IMG/VR virus record: IMGVR_UViG_3300013314_000001
Location: 1 to 64,000 of that record
Reading direction: 5' to 3' (one strand)
Length of the DNA: 64,000 nt
Source of the DNA: a virus
The notes under the pieces were generated by a model. That model searched no databases, was not told the origin of the DNA, and saw nothing but the letters and a program-made list of their open reading frames with translations. This document shows positions 17,968-26,390 of the stretch, one piece after another. How positions within the stretch are numbered: position 1 is the first letter of the stretch; every line of letters begins with the position of its first letter. Both the position numbers and the translations under genes were made by a program.

Positions 17968-17971
17968 TACT

Positions 17972-18415
17972 ATGACCCGTAGCACACATCAGAAAAAATT
18001 ATATTCAATGGAAGAGATTTTTGGCGAGAAGCCGAGCGAGTTCTTTTTTACGATCACGCCTACGTCTCAGAAAAAGTTATTACAGGCTGCAAAAAAATTA
18101 GAGATTACAGAATCCTTTTTAGTCGAGGCGATAATAAGAGTTGGTGCTGGAGCAGCGATCGAATACTACTTAGAAAAAGGTTTTAACACTAAAGAGAACA
18201 AAAGGTTTAAATCACTTAATCGTCATGGAGAGAACAAGAGTAAGCGACATAAATCTTTATCCCTCACTAACTATGCACACGAGGCATTGAGCAAGTACGC
18301 ATCATTACTCAATGAATCACGTTCCGAAGTATTAGAATGTGCTATTCGTTCAAAGACCGCAATAATTGAAGCTACAGAGTTTGTTAAATTCTTGATTCAA
18401 CAGCAGTTAACTTGA
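17972..18415 (+). CDS. tandem ribbon-helix-helix DNA-binding regulator
   Basis: Two RHH-like units: FFFTITPTSQKKLLQAAKKLEITESFLVEAIIRVG and KSLSLTNYAHEALSKYASLLNESRSEVLECAIRSK. It lies next to the operator-like sites. Confidence 0.5.
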   Translation: MTRSTHQKKLYSMEEIFGEKPSEFFFTITPTSQKKLLQAAKKLEITESFLVEAIIRVGAGAAIEYYLEKGFNTKENKRFKSLNRHGENKSKRHKSLSLTNYAHEALSKYASLLNESRSEVLECAIRSKTAIIEATEFVKFLIQQQLT

Positions 18416-18512
18416 CTTCTGCTTTGTTACTGACATCAATCTTTTATAAACATTGCGTATATATACACTGTACTTTCAAGATAAAAAATTTAATCATTAT
18501 ACAAAGCAAGGA

Positions 18513-18540
18513 ATCTTACCATAAAATCCTATGGTAAGAT
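18513..18540. promoter_or_regulatory. perfect 10-bp inverted repeat ATCTTACCAT-N8-ATGGTAAGAT
   Basis: Seen in the intergenic region upstream of ORF 18610..19749. Confidence 0.5.
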
Positions 18541-18609
18541 ACACTTACACAAAAAAAACCGAGGGCGCGAACCCAACGGTTTAAACATTTCAAATCAAAT
18601 AAGATCCTT

Positions 18610-19749
18610 ATGCTATATACATCTCAGACACAAGACAATAGTACATTCGATGATTGCCTAGAAAAATTATACAGCGAAGAGAAGTTTAATGCAATCGTTA
18701 GGTTTTTAAAAGTCCGAATCTCGCCTTACGCAAGGGCTGTAGGAGACACGCTGTTAGTAGCTGGACTTGAAAAAGATTTTGAAACTGACTTAACAATAAA
18801 CGAGATAGCTAGCAATAGTGGTGTTAGTCGCAGTATGACTATTCAATCTCTGAAGCTGCTGGTCGATTTACAGATTTTCCATAAGCAGGAGGAAATTAAT
18901 AAACCTTGTACGTATAAGTTCAATCCTGGGGAATGGCTCCAGTATAGTACACCTGAACCAAGAAAGAAAGTTGTGAGGATTTTTGGGGAAGATGCGGGGA
19001 GTAAGGAAGTTGGGGATAGGGGGGGAAGTGAGAATGATTCTTGCAGTCCACCAGATACACCCCAGGAACAGAGTATAAATGCTTATCCTGAACCGATGAA
19101 TGAGGGGGATGTGGTGCCGGCGTATGAACAGCCACATCTTGACTATGCGAGCGACCCGTTGTTTGCTCAGGCTCATACTGCGCGAATGGAAGCATTGAAG
19201 TCAAAGCCACAAAAGGTATTAAAGATAAAGGATGGTGACTGGTTCTGGGAAATGCCCTGCAACACTGATGTAGATTCAGGAAAGGTAATTGACCAGATTA
19301 TAGAAAAGGAAGGCATCACAGTTCAGAGAGCGGTCGCGCAGGTGGTAAAGCTGGCCAAGAAAGTTATGGATATCTTTGCAGAGTTAAAGATTCCCTTCAA
19401 GATTACCGAGTCACCGGAGGCTGCTTGTGAAAAGTTGTTGGCGGCGATCGCAAAAAAGCAACCTATTGTTCGTGATGAGTTTAAAGAGCGCCGCATTGGA
19501 AAAGTTGAAAAGCTTGAAGATTATTACCAAAAGCTTCAGAAGCTAGGTTATGCCAAACAAAGCGTTAAGCTTTCTGAATGCAATGGACAAATAAACTTAG
19601 TACCTATTGGTGGAGTGACACCGCAACCAGTAGCCATTGCAGACTTGATGAAAAATCACTCAGACCCAAGCGCAACCCTTAGATTGGAATACTACACTTT
19701 TGCTGAAGTAATTGAAAATTATGAGCGAGGCTCATTACGTACTATTTAA
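18610..19749 (+). CDS. winged-helix DNA-binding protein, possible replication/regulatory protein
   Basis: 379 aa. INEIASNSGVSRSMTIQSLKLLVDLQIFHKQ is MarR/wHTH-like. Function is by context only. Confidence 0.4.
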   Translation: MLYTSQTQDNSTFDDCLEKLYSEEKFNAIVRFLKVRISPYARAVGDTLLVAGLEKDFETDLTINEIASNSGVSRSMTIQSLKLLVDLQIFHKQEEINKPCTYKFNPGEWLQYSTPEPRKKVVRIFGEDAGSKEVGDRGGSENDSCSPPDTPQEQSINAYPEPMNEGDVVPAYEQPHLDYASDPLFAQAHTARMEALKSKPQKVLKIKDGDWFWEMPCNTDVDSGKVIDQIIEKEGITVQRAVAQVVKLAKKVMDIFAELKIPFKITESPEAACEKLLAAIAKKQPIVRDEFKERRIGKVEKLEDYYQKLQKLGYAKQSVKLSECNGQINLVPIGGVTPQPVAIADLMKNHSDPSATLRLEYYTFAEVIENYERGSLRTI

Positions 19750-19848
19750 AAAGGCAGACGGTGTAACCCATCTGCCCTAGCCGTTGTTGGAGTCGGCCAC
19801 TCCGCTTTTTGGTGAATCCTAATCTCGGCTCTGTGCCTGAGTGAAACC

Positions 19849-20289
19849 ATGTTAACACAGCTTCGACATTTTTATCTAGTGGGAGAAGAGGAAACCATTC
19901 CCTACTCCAAACGACTGCGACATTTTACTGGGAGCGTCGCCGCCACAATTCTAATGCAGAGGTTAGAATATCACTTTAGAAAATATCCTGATGGCTTTCA
20001 TAAATTCCTTACTAAAAGTAGCAAGACTACATTGCATAGAGCTACTTATAGTTGGGAAGAAGAACTAGGTTTTGGTAAGGAGGAATTTGTTAGAACCTTT
20101 AGTTATATTGGAGTGAAGCATACAACCAAAGACCAATACCAGAAAGCGATGCAGCCGTTCTTTAATAGTAGGAATGAAGAGAAGTATTACTGTAGTTACT
20201 CTGACCGAAACACGGGAATGACATGGTACTATCGTAACCATTTTTTAGTTGATGCGTTAGGTGAAAAGTTGTTAATTTATAAGGATTAA
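19849..20289 (+). CDS. hypothetical protein
   Basis: 146-aa ORF. Confidence 0.5.
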   Translation: MLTQLRHFYLVGEEETIPYSKRLRHFTGSVAATILMQRLEYHFRKYPDGFHKFLTKSSKTTLHRATYSWEEELGFGKEEFVRTFSYIGVKHTTKDQYQKAMQPFFNSRNEEKYYCSYSDRNTGMTWYYRNHFLVDALGEKLLIYKD

Positions 20290-20290
20290 T

Positions 20291-21304
20291 ATGATTGCAG
20301 ATTTAGTTAAGGTATGGGATAATAAAGAGAATGCCCCCGCGTTGTTAGAAGCAACCGAGAGCGTGACATCCTATAATGCAGGACATAATATGATTTTAAC
20401 TGAAGATGTACTTCAGCGCTACCGTGCTAACCAAGGTTACGTTTATTTAATCCATGCGATTGGAACAGACCGATACAAGATAGGTCGCAGTGTAAGCCCC
20501 CCAGTAAGGCTGGAAACGCTCAAGAAGCAATCACCATACCCGCTACAGATGACGGATGTCATTGGCATTTGGAAAAAGTATCTTGACCAACATCTAGACG
20601 ATGACCAATTTTCTACAGCTGTGGACAAGGCAATTCTGTCTACTCCGTTCATGCCGGTGCCAGAGAAGCTAATCGAATTTGCCAGTGGCAGTCTACAAAC
20701 CAAAGCTATGGAAGAATGGCGCGTCTGTGTTCTACGTTGGGCTGCATCAAGCGTAGAGAACCAAGAAAAGATATGGCCATCACTTTCCCCCCGGTGTCGC
20801 GCAGCTGTGCAAATCATTGGTGGTTTTTATCCAGTGGGCATTGCTGAGTATGGGGAACTGCGCCAACTTGAGCAACAGTTCATCGCAGCTTACTGCCAAT
20901 GTGCGCCGAATGCCAAAGCTTTGCCCCCAGGTAAAATCCCACCCATAAGTTTTGAAGGTGAAGAGAAAGTTACAGAGCGTTCAGCTTCAGTGTCAGAACC
21001 AATTGCTGAAGTGTTAGAAATTATTGAGGAGCGCATTGGGGGGAAAAAAGCAACAGACGAACAGGCAGCCGCAAATATGTTCAGGTTTAAATACGGCTGG
21101 ACAATTGACACTGGACGGTTAGCCCATTACCTTGAATTGGATTTAGTTGGCAAGCAGCGCTTTATCAGCAGGTTTGGTTTTCTGATGCGGAACCGTCCAG
21201 ACTGGAAATCTGCGGTTAGCCAATTTGACAAAGCAACTGGTTATCAAGCACCACCCCCAGAAATTGATTCACGAGCGATTGCAAAACAATGGCTACAAAA
21301 CTAA
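20291..21304 (+). CDS. protein with N-terminal T5orf172 (GIY-YIG-related)-like segment
   Basis: GYVYLIHAIGTDRYKIGRSVSPPVRLETLKKQSPYPL matches the start of the T5orf172/MUG113 pattern. The rest is unrecognised. Confidence 0.4.
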   Translation: MIADLVKVWDNKENAPALLEATESVTSYNAGHNMILTEDVLQRYRANQGYVYLIHAIGTDRYKIGRSVSPPVRLETLKKQSPYPLQMTDVIGIWKKYLDQHLDDDQFSTAVDKAILSTPFMPVPEKLIEFASGSLQTKAMEEWRVCVLRWAASSVENQEKIWPSLSPRCRAAVQIIGGFYPVGIAEYGELRQLEQQFIAAYCQCAPNAKALPPGKIPPISFEGEEKVTERSASVSEPIAEVLEIIEERIGGKKATDEQAAANMFRFKYGWTIDTGRLAHYLELDLVGKQRFISRFGFLMRNRPDWKSAVSQFDKATGYQAPPPEIDSRAIAKQWLQN

Positions 21305-21585
21305 CCATCCGTGCGCGTCGTCGCCAACGACAACGTAGAAAAAATGACTTGGATATTTTGAACTTGAAAAGGATTAGGGAAAATTTTCTTTGGTCTATGG
21401 CTACCTGGAATGGTACACGCTGCGGTAGCTGTGGGAAAAAAGTTCGCGCTCATTGGCTAGAGAACCATAGCGGGTCATTTCTTGGGGGATGGATAACTGC
21501 TTTTGGTTCTGCATGCCACAAGACTAAATGCCCTGGTGAAAACCCTAACTGGGAAATTCAAATTAAGGAACACGAGATATGTTAA
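21289..21585 (+). CDS. small basic Cys-rich protein
   Basis: 98 aa with RARRRQRQRRKN and CGSCGKK...CHKTKC. Confidence 0.4.
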   Translation: MATKLTIRARRRQRQRRKNDLDILNLKRIRENFLWSMATWNGTRCGSCGKKVRAHWLENHSGSFLGGWITAFGSACHKTKCPGENPNWEIQIKEHEIC

Positions 21586-21950
21586 ATGCAATGTTTGGTG
21601 AGAGTGAATTTGATTCTAGCAATTCAGAGATTAAATCCCCGGTAATCGAACCAGTAGTGATAAAGGTCTTTGACATTATTGGGGAGAATGGAATATTTAT
21701 AAAGGATGGACAGCAGCTTTACTCAGTAGCTAAAACAGTTTTGGAAATTGATGGTGAAGTTGTACTTGATTTTGATGGTGTACTTCACGTAGACACTGCT
21801 TTCTTTAGCTATTCAGTTGGACACTTGATTAAAGATTACGGTCGCAATCAAATTAAGATAACTGGGCTTTCCCCACTTCAGCAACAGTTGGTAGAAAAAG
21901 TTATCCAGAACGCTGAGACTTACTATCAAAAGCAGGAACATCAACAGTAG
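21579..21950 (+). CDS. STAS-like DUF4325-type protein
   Basis: IKDGQQLYSVAKTVLEIDGEVVLDFDGVLHVDTAFFSYSVGHLIKDYG matches the DUF4325 pattern (..v.lDF.gv..vts.Fl....g.l). Confidence 0.5.
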   Translation: MLNAMFGESEFDSSNSEIKSPVIEPVVIKVFDIIGENGIFIKDGQQLYSVAKTVLEIDGEVVLDFDGVLHVDTAFFSYSVGHLIKDYGRNQIKITGLSPLQQQLVEKVIQNAETYYQKQEHQQ

Positions 21951-23178
21951 TCCAGCCCACATTCTTGTTAATGACTTTTTTCTCTAAACTTTTGATATGT
22001 GTAAAAGCAATATGGTGTAAGTTATGCCAATGCTCTAAATTCCCTAGCAGATTACGCAATGGGCTTTTAGAATTTAATGCTACCCACCTATGCAATTCTT
22101 CCTTGTGCGCCACCCATAATTTCTTGAGCAATGGCTTGTAGTACTTTTCCTCCCAAGGTATAATCCAGTTCCAGCACTCAGCTTTTTTGTCATATTCAAT
22201 CAAGACACGAAACGCACTAATAGCTGGGAAAAGGGTACTACGTGGGGCGTGAATACCTGGAACAATATATTCTGGGTTGCAGTGCATTACTTCAAATTCA
22301 CTACCAGTTTTAACTGTGGGTATACCTGATAGTAAATTATCTCTATCATCTCTAACTATCAGCCAGAATAAATATTCAAGATAACCAATGTCCTCAATCA
22401 AGTTTCCTATTAGCTGTGCATTCTCCAGCATAGAATCGTAGTAGCCGCTAAGATTGCTTATGTAAGTAATTGGGAATCTACCTGACCCAGAGTTAAGCCA
22501 ATAGAAACGGGGGGCTATCATACCAGCAACTTGCAGAACATGGTCAACACTGCAACGTGGATCGAGAGAGGTATCTGCTTGATTTTGATGATAAGCTACC
22601 TTCCAAGTTCCTGGTATATAAGTTTTTAACGTGTCAAATTTCCCCTCAGAATCGTAACGAGTTTTTTTGTCATGCCGATAAACTATCTGCCGATGTGAAG
22701 CAATGCGTCTATCATCCTTTGTGGGCTGTGCCAGCTTGATTGTCAATGGCACTCGCACTAAACTTAGGTCAACACCTTTCAAGGAAAAGTCATGTAGTGC
22801 CAGCATAGTATGCCTACCATCGGCGTGACCCTGCTGAATTTCGTTTTTACAGGTTCCAGGATTAAATATTAGAGTTACGGCTTTTATGCCGTCCTCTAAC
22901 TCTTCTACATGGTTAATATTGGCATAAAGGTATACACCCATATTTAACTCATGAAAGCGTTCTGGTTCATCTATTAAGCTTTGAACTATCATCTTGTAGA
23001 CAGTTTGCTTAGTGTTTGCTTTCCGTGGGTTAGGTGCATCAGGAATGTGCTGCTCATGCGGAAAGTACTTACCCAGTGCTAAACATCTAATCTCGGTGTG
23101 AGTTTCCCAATCACTAGGAAAATTGACTACTTGAAATGTTACTGTAGGTGCTAGGGTATTAGTTGGTAGTATTTTCAT
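21901..23178 (-). CDS. AIPR/DGQHR (ParB-fold)-like protein, candidate abortive-infection / exclusion gene
   Basis: 425 aa. NPRKANTKQTVYKMIVQSLIDEPERFHELNMGVYLYAN...IQQGHADGRHTMLAL parallels the AIPR pattern N.R....vn..I..tL..eP..F...NNGiti...i.NG.QT. It converges on and overlaps ORF 21579..21950 by 50 nt. Confidence 0.4.
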   Translation of the reverse strand: MKILPTNTLAPTVTFQVVNFPSDWETHTEIRCLALGKYFPHEQHIPDAPNPRKANTKQTVYKMIVQSLIDEPERFHELNMGVYLYANINHVEELEDGIKAVTLIFNPGTCKNEIQQGHADGRHTMLALHDFSLKGVDLSLVRVPLTIKLAQPTKDDRRIASHRQIVYRHDKKTRYDSEGKFDTLKTYIPGTWKVAYHQNQADTSLDPRCSVDHVLQVAGMIAPRFYWLNSGSGRFPITYISNLSGYYDSMLENAQLIGNLIEDIGYLEYLFWLIVRDDRDNLLSGIPTVKTGSEFEVMHCNPEYIVPGIHAPRSTLFPAISAFRVLIEYDKKAECWNWIIPWEEKYYKPLLKKLWVAHKEELHRWVALNSKSPLRNLLGNLEHWHNLHHIAFTHIKSLEKKVINKNVGWTTVDVPAFDSKSQRSG

Positions 23179-23229
23179 AGGGGAGCGGCTATGGTGTATT
23201 AGATACCATCATAGCCGTTTATTTTATTA

Positions 23230-23436
23230 TTAATACTTGTCCATTACAATCATACAAGTTTGGATTCCACAAGGTACATCACTATCTTTAAAACCATCAT
23301 CTGGCATTTTAGTAATGCGTGATTGACCTCCTAACCAATCAGTAAACTGTTGAAACACTCTGCCTCTTTTGCTATCAAATCCCCGTGGGGCGATCGCAAC
23401 TAATCTTCCCCCAGGTACAAGGCAAGCGTAAGCTAC
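23230..23436 (-). pseudogene. 3' remnant of a class I SAM-dependent methyltransferase gene
   Basis: An open frame without a start codon reads (V)AYACLVPGGRLVAIAPRGFDSKRGRVFQQFTDWLGGQSRITKMPDDGFKDSDVPCGIQTCMIVMDKY. L.PGGRLV.I is the typical motif-III region near an MTase C-terminus. Confidence 0.4.
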
Positions 23437-23723
23437 TTATTCACCTTATCAAGTTCCGCTTCTGTCACCCAACCCCACTCACGCCACCATTCATCGTCTC
23501 TGTGGTAATAGTAAATCTGGTACTCACAGCCTCTAGTAACCCATGTACGCTGACCTTCGACTAAATCATAATCGTTAAGGTAACGAATAGATTTGATAAT
23601 AGTAGGAAGGTTGCAGTTTGGTACTACTACTACTTGATTGACTTTGTATTTGAACTGAATAGTTGACTCAATATCAACTATCGTATTTTCAACTTTCACG
23701 TTATTATCTCCAAAACAATTCAT
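23433..23723 (-). CDS. hypothetical protein
   Basis: 96-aa ORF. Its ATG lies 8 nt after motif B copy 8. Confidence 0.5.
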   Translation of the reverse strand: MNCFGDNNVKVENTIVDIESTIQFKYKVNQVVVVPNCNLPTIIKSIRYLNDYDLVEGQRTWVTRGCEYQIYYYHRDDEWWREWGWVTEAELDKVNK

Positions 23724-23730
23724 ACTTTTT

Positions 23731-23741
23731 AGGCGTTAGCC
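23731..23741 (-). promoter_or_regulatory. motif B copy 8
   Basis: Perfect 11-mer. Its internal TAA is the stop of ORF 23736..23930. Confidence 0.85.
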
Positions 23742-23930
23742 TCTACCAATTAATTTTCTAGTGTTCCGTGAATACTTCCTAAGAATAGTCCTGCGCTGCT
23801 TGTGGCAGAACTCGATAACAGAGCTATAGAAGAGATTGTCACCCTCCTCTAATAGTTTTCTGCATCGGTGTTCGTGACTGGCTAGGATGCGTAGAAAATC
23901 TATGTTATGGCATCCAGTGTTATGTTTCAC
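23736..23930 (-). CDS. small basic protein (RKYSRNT family, paralogue of 24297..24506)
   Basis: The C-terminus RRTILRKYSRNTRKLIGRG compares with KERKLIIRKYSRNTLRIIK. Confidence 0.5.
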   Translation of the reverse strand: MKHNTGCHNIDFLRILASHEHRCRKLLEEGDNLFYSSVIEFCHKQRRTILRKYSRNTRKLIGRG

Positions 23931-24045
23931 TTGAGTAGCAATGCTTCCTTGTGTTGCTCACTCAATATACTATTGTTAGTGATTAACTCAGGATTAGCAG
24001 AATAGTAAAGGTATGAGTAAGCGAGTAACCCAGTCCAGGGTTTAA

Positions 24046-24300
24046 TTACTTTGACTGTTGACCTATCAAAATATCCCTCAGCATGCCCTCACTAATCTCA
24101 GCAGACATAAATCTATTCGGTGAGTCTAGCCCATTGCTTAATGCTAAATCAAAGATGATTGTACCATTAAAACCCTTAAGGATTCGTTCAATCTCGTTAA
24201 GGGAAACATGACTTATGTTACTCTCAGGGGAATTAGAGAAAGCAACATAAGTACTGGGAACCCACAAGCGTAATCTAAAATGTGTTGTGTGAATGCTCAT
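24046..24300 (-). CDS. hypothetical protein
   Basis: 84-aa ORF with a 4-nt overlap with the upstream gene. Confidence 0.5.
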   Translation of the reverse strand: MSIHTTHFRLRLWVPSTYVAFSNSPESNISHVSLNEIERILKGFNGTIIFDLALSNGLDSPNRFMSAEISEGMLRDILIGQQSK

Positions 24301-24506
24301 TTGATTATTCTTAAGGTATTGCGTGAGTATTTGCGAATGATAAGCTTACGCTCTTTTTTTATTTGCTTAACCCAGTCACAGTTAAATTTAGTATTACCCT
24401 CTGACGTATGAGAGAGCCTGATTGCATCTGTCTGAAGCCATCCTAAACTTTTGAAATAGAGTAATTTATGTACCCTATTAAGCGGATATCTAAATCTGTT
24501 TATCAT
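24297..24506 (-). CDS. small basic protein (RKYSRNT family)
   Basis: Start placed at ATG 24506 (the ORF track starts at TTG 24512). Confidence 0.5.
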   Translation of the reverse strand: MINRFRYPLNRVHKLLYFKSLGWLQTDAIRLSHTSEGNTKFNCDWVKQIKKERKLIIRKYSRNTLRIIK

Positions 24507-24628
24507 AAGCAAACCTCAACAAACTCAGTTTTTCTTGGCTTACCAATTTCTGGCGGTTGTTTTTTCCCTGCCATTGCAGCAGGAATTAACAACACAAACA
24601 GCAACATTGTGACAATAAAATATTTCAT
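24503..24628 (-). CDS. small signal-peptide-bearing peptide, not in ORF track
   Basis: 41 aa, MKYFIVTMLLFVLLIPAAMAGKKQPPEIGKPRK... Has an ATGA overlap with the next gene. Confidence 0.35.
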   Translation of the reverse strand: MKYFIVTMLLFVLLIPAAMAGKKQPPEIGKPRKTEFVEVCL

Positions 24629-24636
24629 GTTGGTCA

Positions 24637-24662
24637 ATAAAAACCCCCAGATAAACTAGGGG
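24637..24662 (-). terminator. rho-independent terminator after the helicase gene
   Basis: Minus strand reads CCCCTAG-TTTAT-CTGGGGG followed by TTTTTATT. Confidence 0.7.
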
Positions 24663-24681
24663 TAAAAAGTTCACCAACACT

Positions 24682-24692
24682 AGGCGTTAGCC
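24682..24692 (-). promoter_or_regulatory. motif B copy 9
   Basis: Perfect 11-mer between the helicase stop and the terminator. Confidence 0.85.
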
Positions 24693-24770
24693 TGAATTAG
24701 ACATGGTATAATTTCCTTAGAATTATTGAGTGTGTAGTCCGTGAGATTGCAACCTTACGGACTATGTTTT

Positions 24771-26324
24771 TTAGAAATCGTCGTCGATCTCACCAATCTC
24801 AAATCTAGAAACTGAGTTAGAAACAGAACTAGATGGTTTGTCGCACTGCCTAACCATAAACAAAGTTTTCTTTGCTCTTGTGTGCGCTACAAAGCAAATA
24901 TTATATTCTTGATCCAACTCGGAAGGTTTTTGATTCTTCCAAGTCAAAGGAAGCTTTTCAGGATAGAGAATAAACACGGTGTCATTTTCCAAACCTTTTG
25001 ACCTGTGGATTGTAGACAAGATTACGCAATCCTCCGAGTTGCGATCGCTGAACAATCTATCAATGTCCTGACATAACCAATCAATAGTCCTACTCTTAAA
25101 CCACTGGTAGCAATAGCGCACACCGTCAACCTTATCCAAAAATGCGGTGAGTATTAAAGTTGAGTCTTCATTAACTGACAGCTTCATAGCTTTATCCCTA
25201 GAGTAATCCTCTAAGAATTTCTCAAACAGCCTGTAGTCAAACCCTGGCATCTTTGCCACATCATTAATTACATCAATCAACTGCTTGGCTACATCCACTC
25301 CCTTCACCTGGGCTGGAACTTGTTTGGCTATGAGTTCAAGGCAAACTCTAATTAGTGGCGCAGTCATCCGGCACAGTACTAAATCCCCAACCTCAACAGA
25401 GTTAGCCAGTTCAAGCTCACTGATATACTTGACTTCTCCTTCAATCGCTCCTGGCGCGGGTTCAATATTTGGTGAGAATTCTTTTGCTAACTTAATGTGA
25501 GATGTTGGGCATCTATAGCAAATCGACAATGGCAAAGTCTTGGCATTAGTACGCTCAATGATTCTATCCATGCTGTCAGAATTGCTACCAGCAAACGCCA
25601 TAATAGCCTGAAAACGATCACCGACGAAGACTTTACGACCTCTGCCGTTGCAGCATTTAATTACAAGTTCAAGCTGTGCAGAATTCAAATCCTGGGCCTC
25701 GTCTACAAGCACCACAGGATAAGCACTGGGATTCAGCTTAAAACTATGAGGCAACCAGAGCATATCAGTAAAATCAATCTCACCTCTAGTTTTGGCCAGT
25801 AAATCACCATCAGCAATTACTTGACCAATAATAGGCAATATTAATTCTTGCTCTGTTACTTCTAAAGCAAACTGCCCAATCATTCTTTTTAGGTCATCAA
25901 CACTATTAGGGTCAGTCAAAGTAAGTCGAGCAAACCGACTAACGTTATTAATCTCCTTGGCAATTTTGAAAGGTTCTAGCTGAAAATTATTAGCTTTTTG
26001 GATAACTTGATTTGCGTAAGCTTTGCTAATCTCACGGTACTTATTATCGTTAGGGCTTTGCAGTCCTCTTATGAACTCACGCACACAACCATAGCCAACT
26101 GCATGAATGGTTTTAACTGTAATGTTTCTCGCAACTTTAGGCTGAATTGCTTGCACAATATGCTTATTAAAGGCAAGCAATAATCCCCTAGTCTGAATGC
26201 GCTTGGTTACTTCTACTAAAGTAGTGGATTTCCCAGACCCCGCAGTTGCCTCAACTACGATATCAGTATTACCATTCTCAACTTCATTGAATACTGCAAG
26301 TTGATATTTAGATGGTGTAAACAT
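24771..26324 (-). CDS. UvrD/Rep/PcrA-like SF1 DNA helicase
   Basis: Walker A EATAGSGKST, Walker B VLVDEAQDL and motif VI TIHRSKGLE, with order and spacing typical of SF1A helicases. Confidence 0.85.
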   Translation of the reverse strand: MFTPSKYQLAVFNEVENGNTDIVVEATAGSGKSTTLVEVTKRIQTRGLLLAFNKHIVQAIQPKVARNITVKTIHAVGYGCVREFIRGLQSPNDNKYREISKAYANQVIQKANNFQLEPFKIAKEINNVSRFARLTLTDPNSVDDLKRMIGQFALEVTEQELILPIIGQVIADGDLLAKTRGEIDFTDMLWLPHSFKLNPSAYPVVLVDEAQDLNSAQLELVIKCCNGRGRKVFVGDRFQAIMAFAGSNSDSMDRIIERTNAKTLPLSICYRCPTSHIKLAKEFSPNIEPAPGAIEGEVKYISELELANSVEVGDLVLCRMTAPLIRVCLELIAKQVPAQVKGVDVAKQLIDVINDVAKMPGFDYRLFEKFLEDYSRDKAMKLSVNEDSTLILTAFLDKVDGVRYCYQWFKSRTIDWLCQDIDRLFSDRNSEDCVILSTIHRSKGLENDTVFILYPEKLPLTWKNQKPSELDQEYNICFVAHTRAKKTLFMVRQCDKPSSSVSNSVSRFEIGEIDDDF

Positions 26325-26390
26325 AATCTTCCCCCATGATTTAATATTGTAATATCTAGCATGCTACCATTTTACATACTAGATAAATCT

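Noticed and set aside
25285-26183. Plus-strand ORFs 25285..25500, 25497..25802 and 25998..26183. The same applies to 27390..27635, 28956..29180, 29601..29789, 32370..32552, 35461..35658, 35978..36250, 37043..37252, 38038..38235, 38609..38797, 39157..39354, 39424..39642 and 39736..39930.
   Set aside because: All are antisense to well-supported minus-strand genes (helicase, ArdC, polymerase-like gene and others). None has a start context or recognisable motifs.
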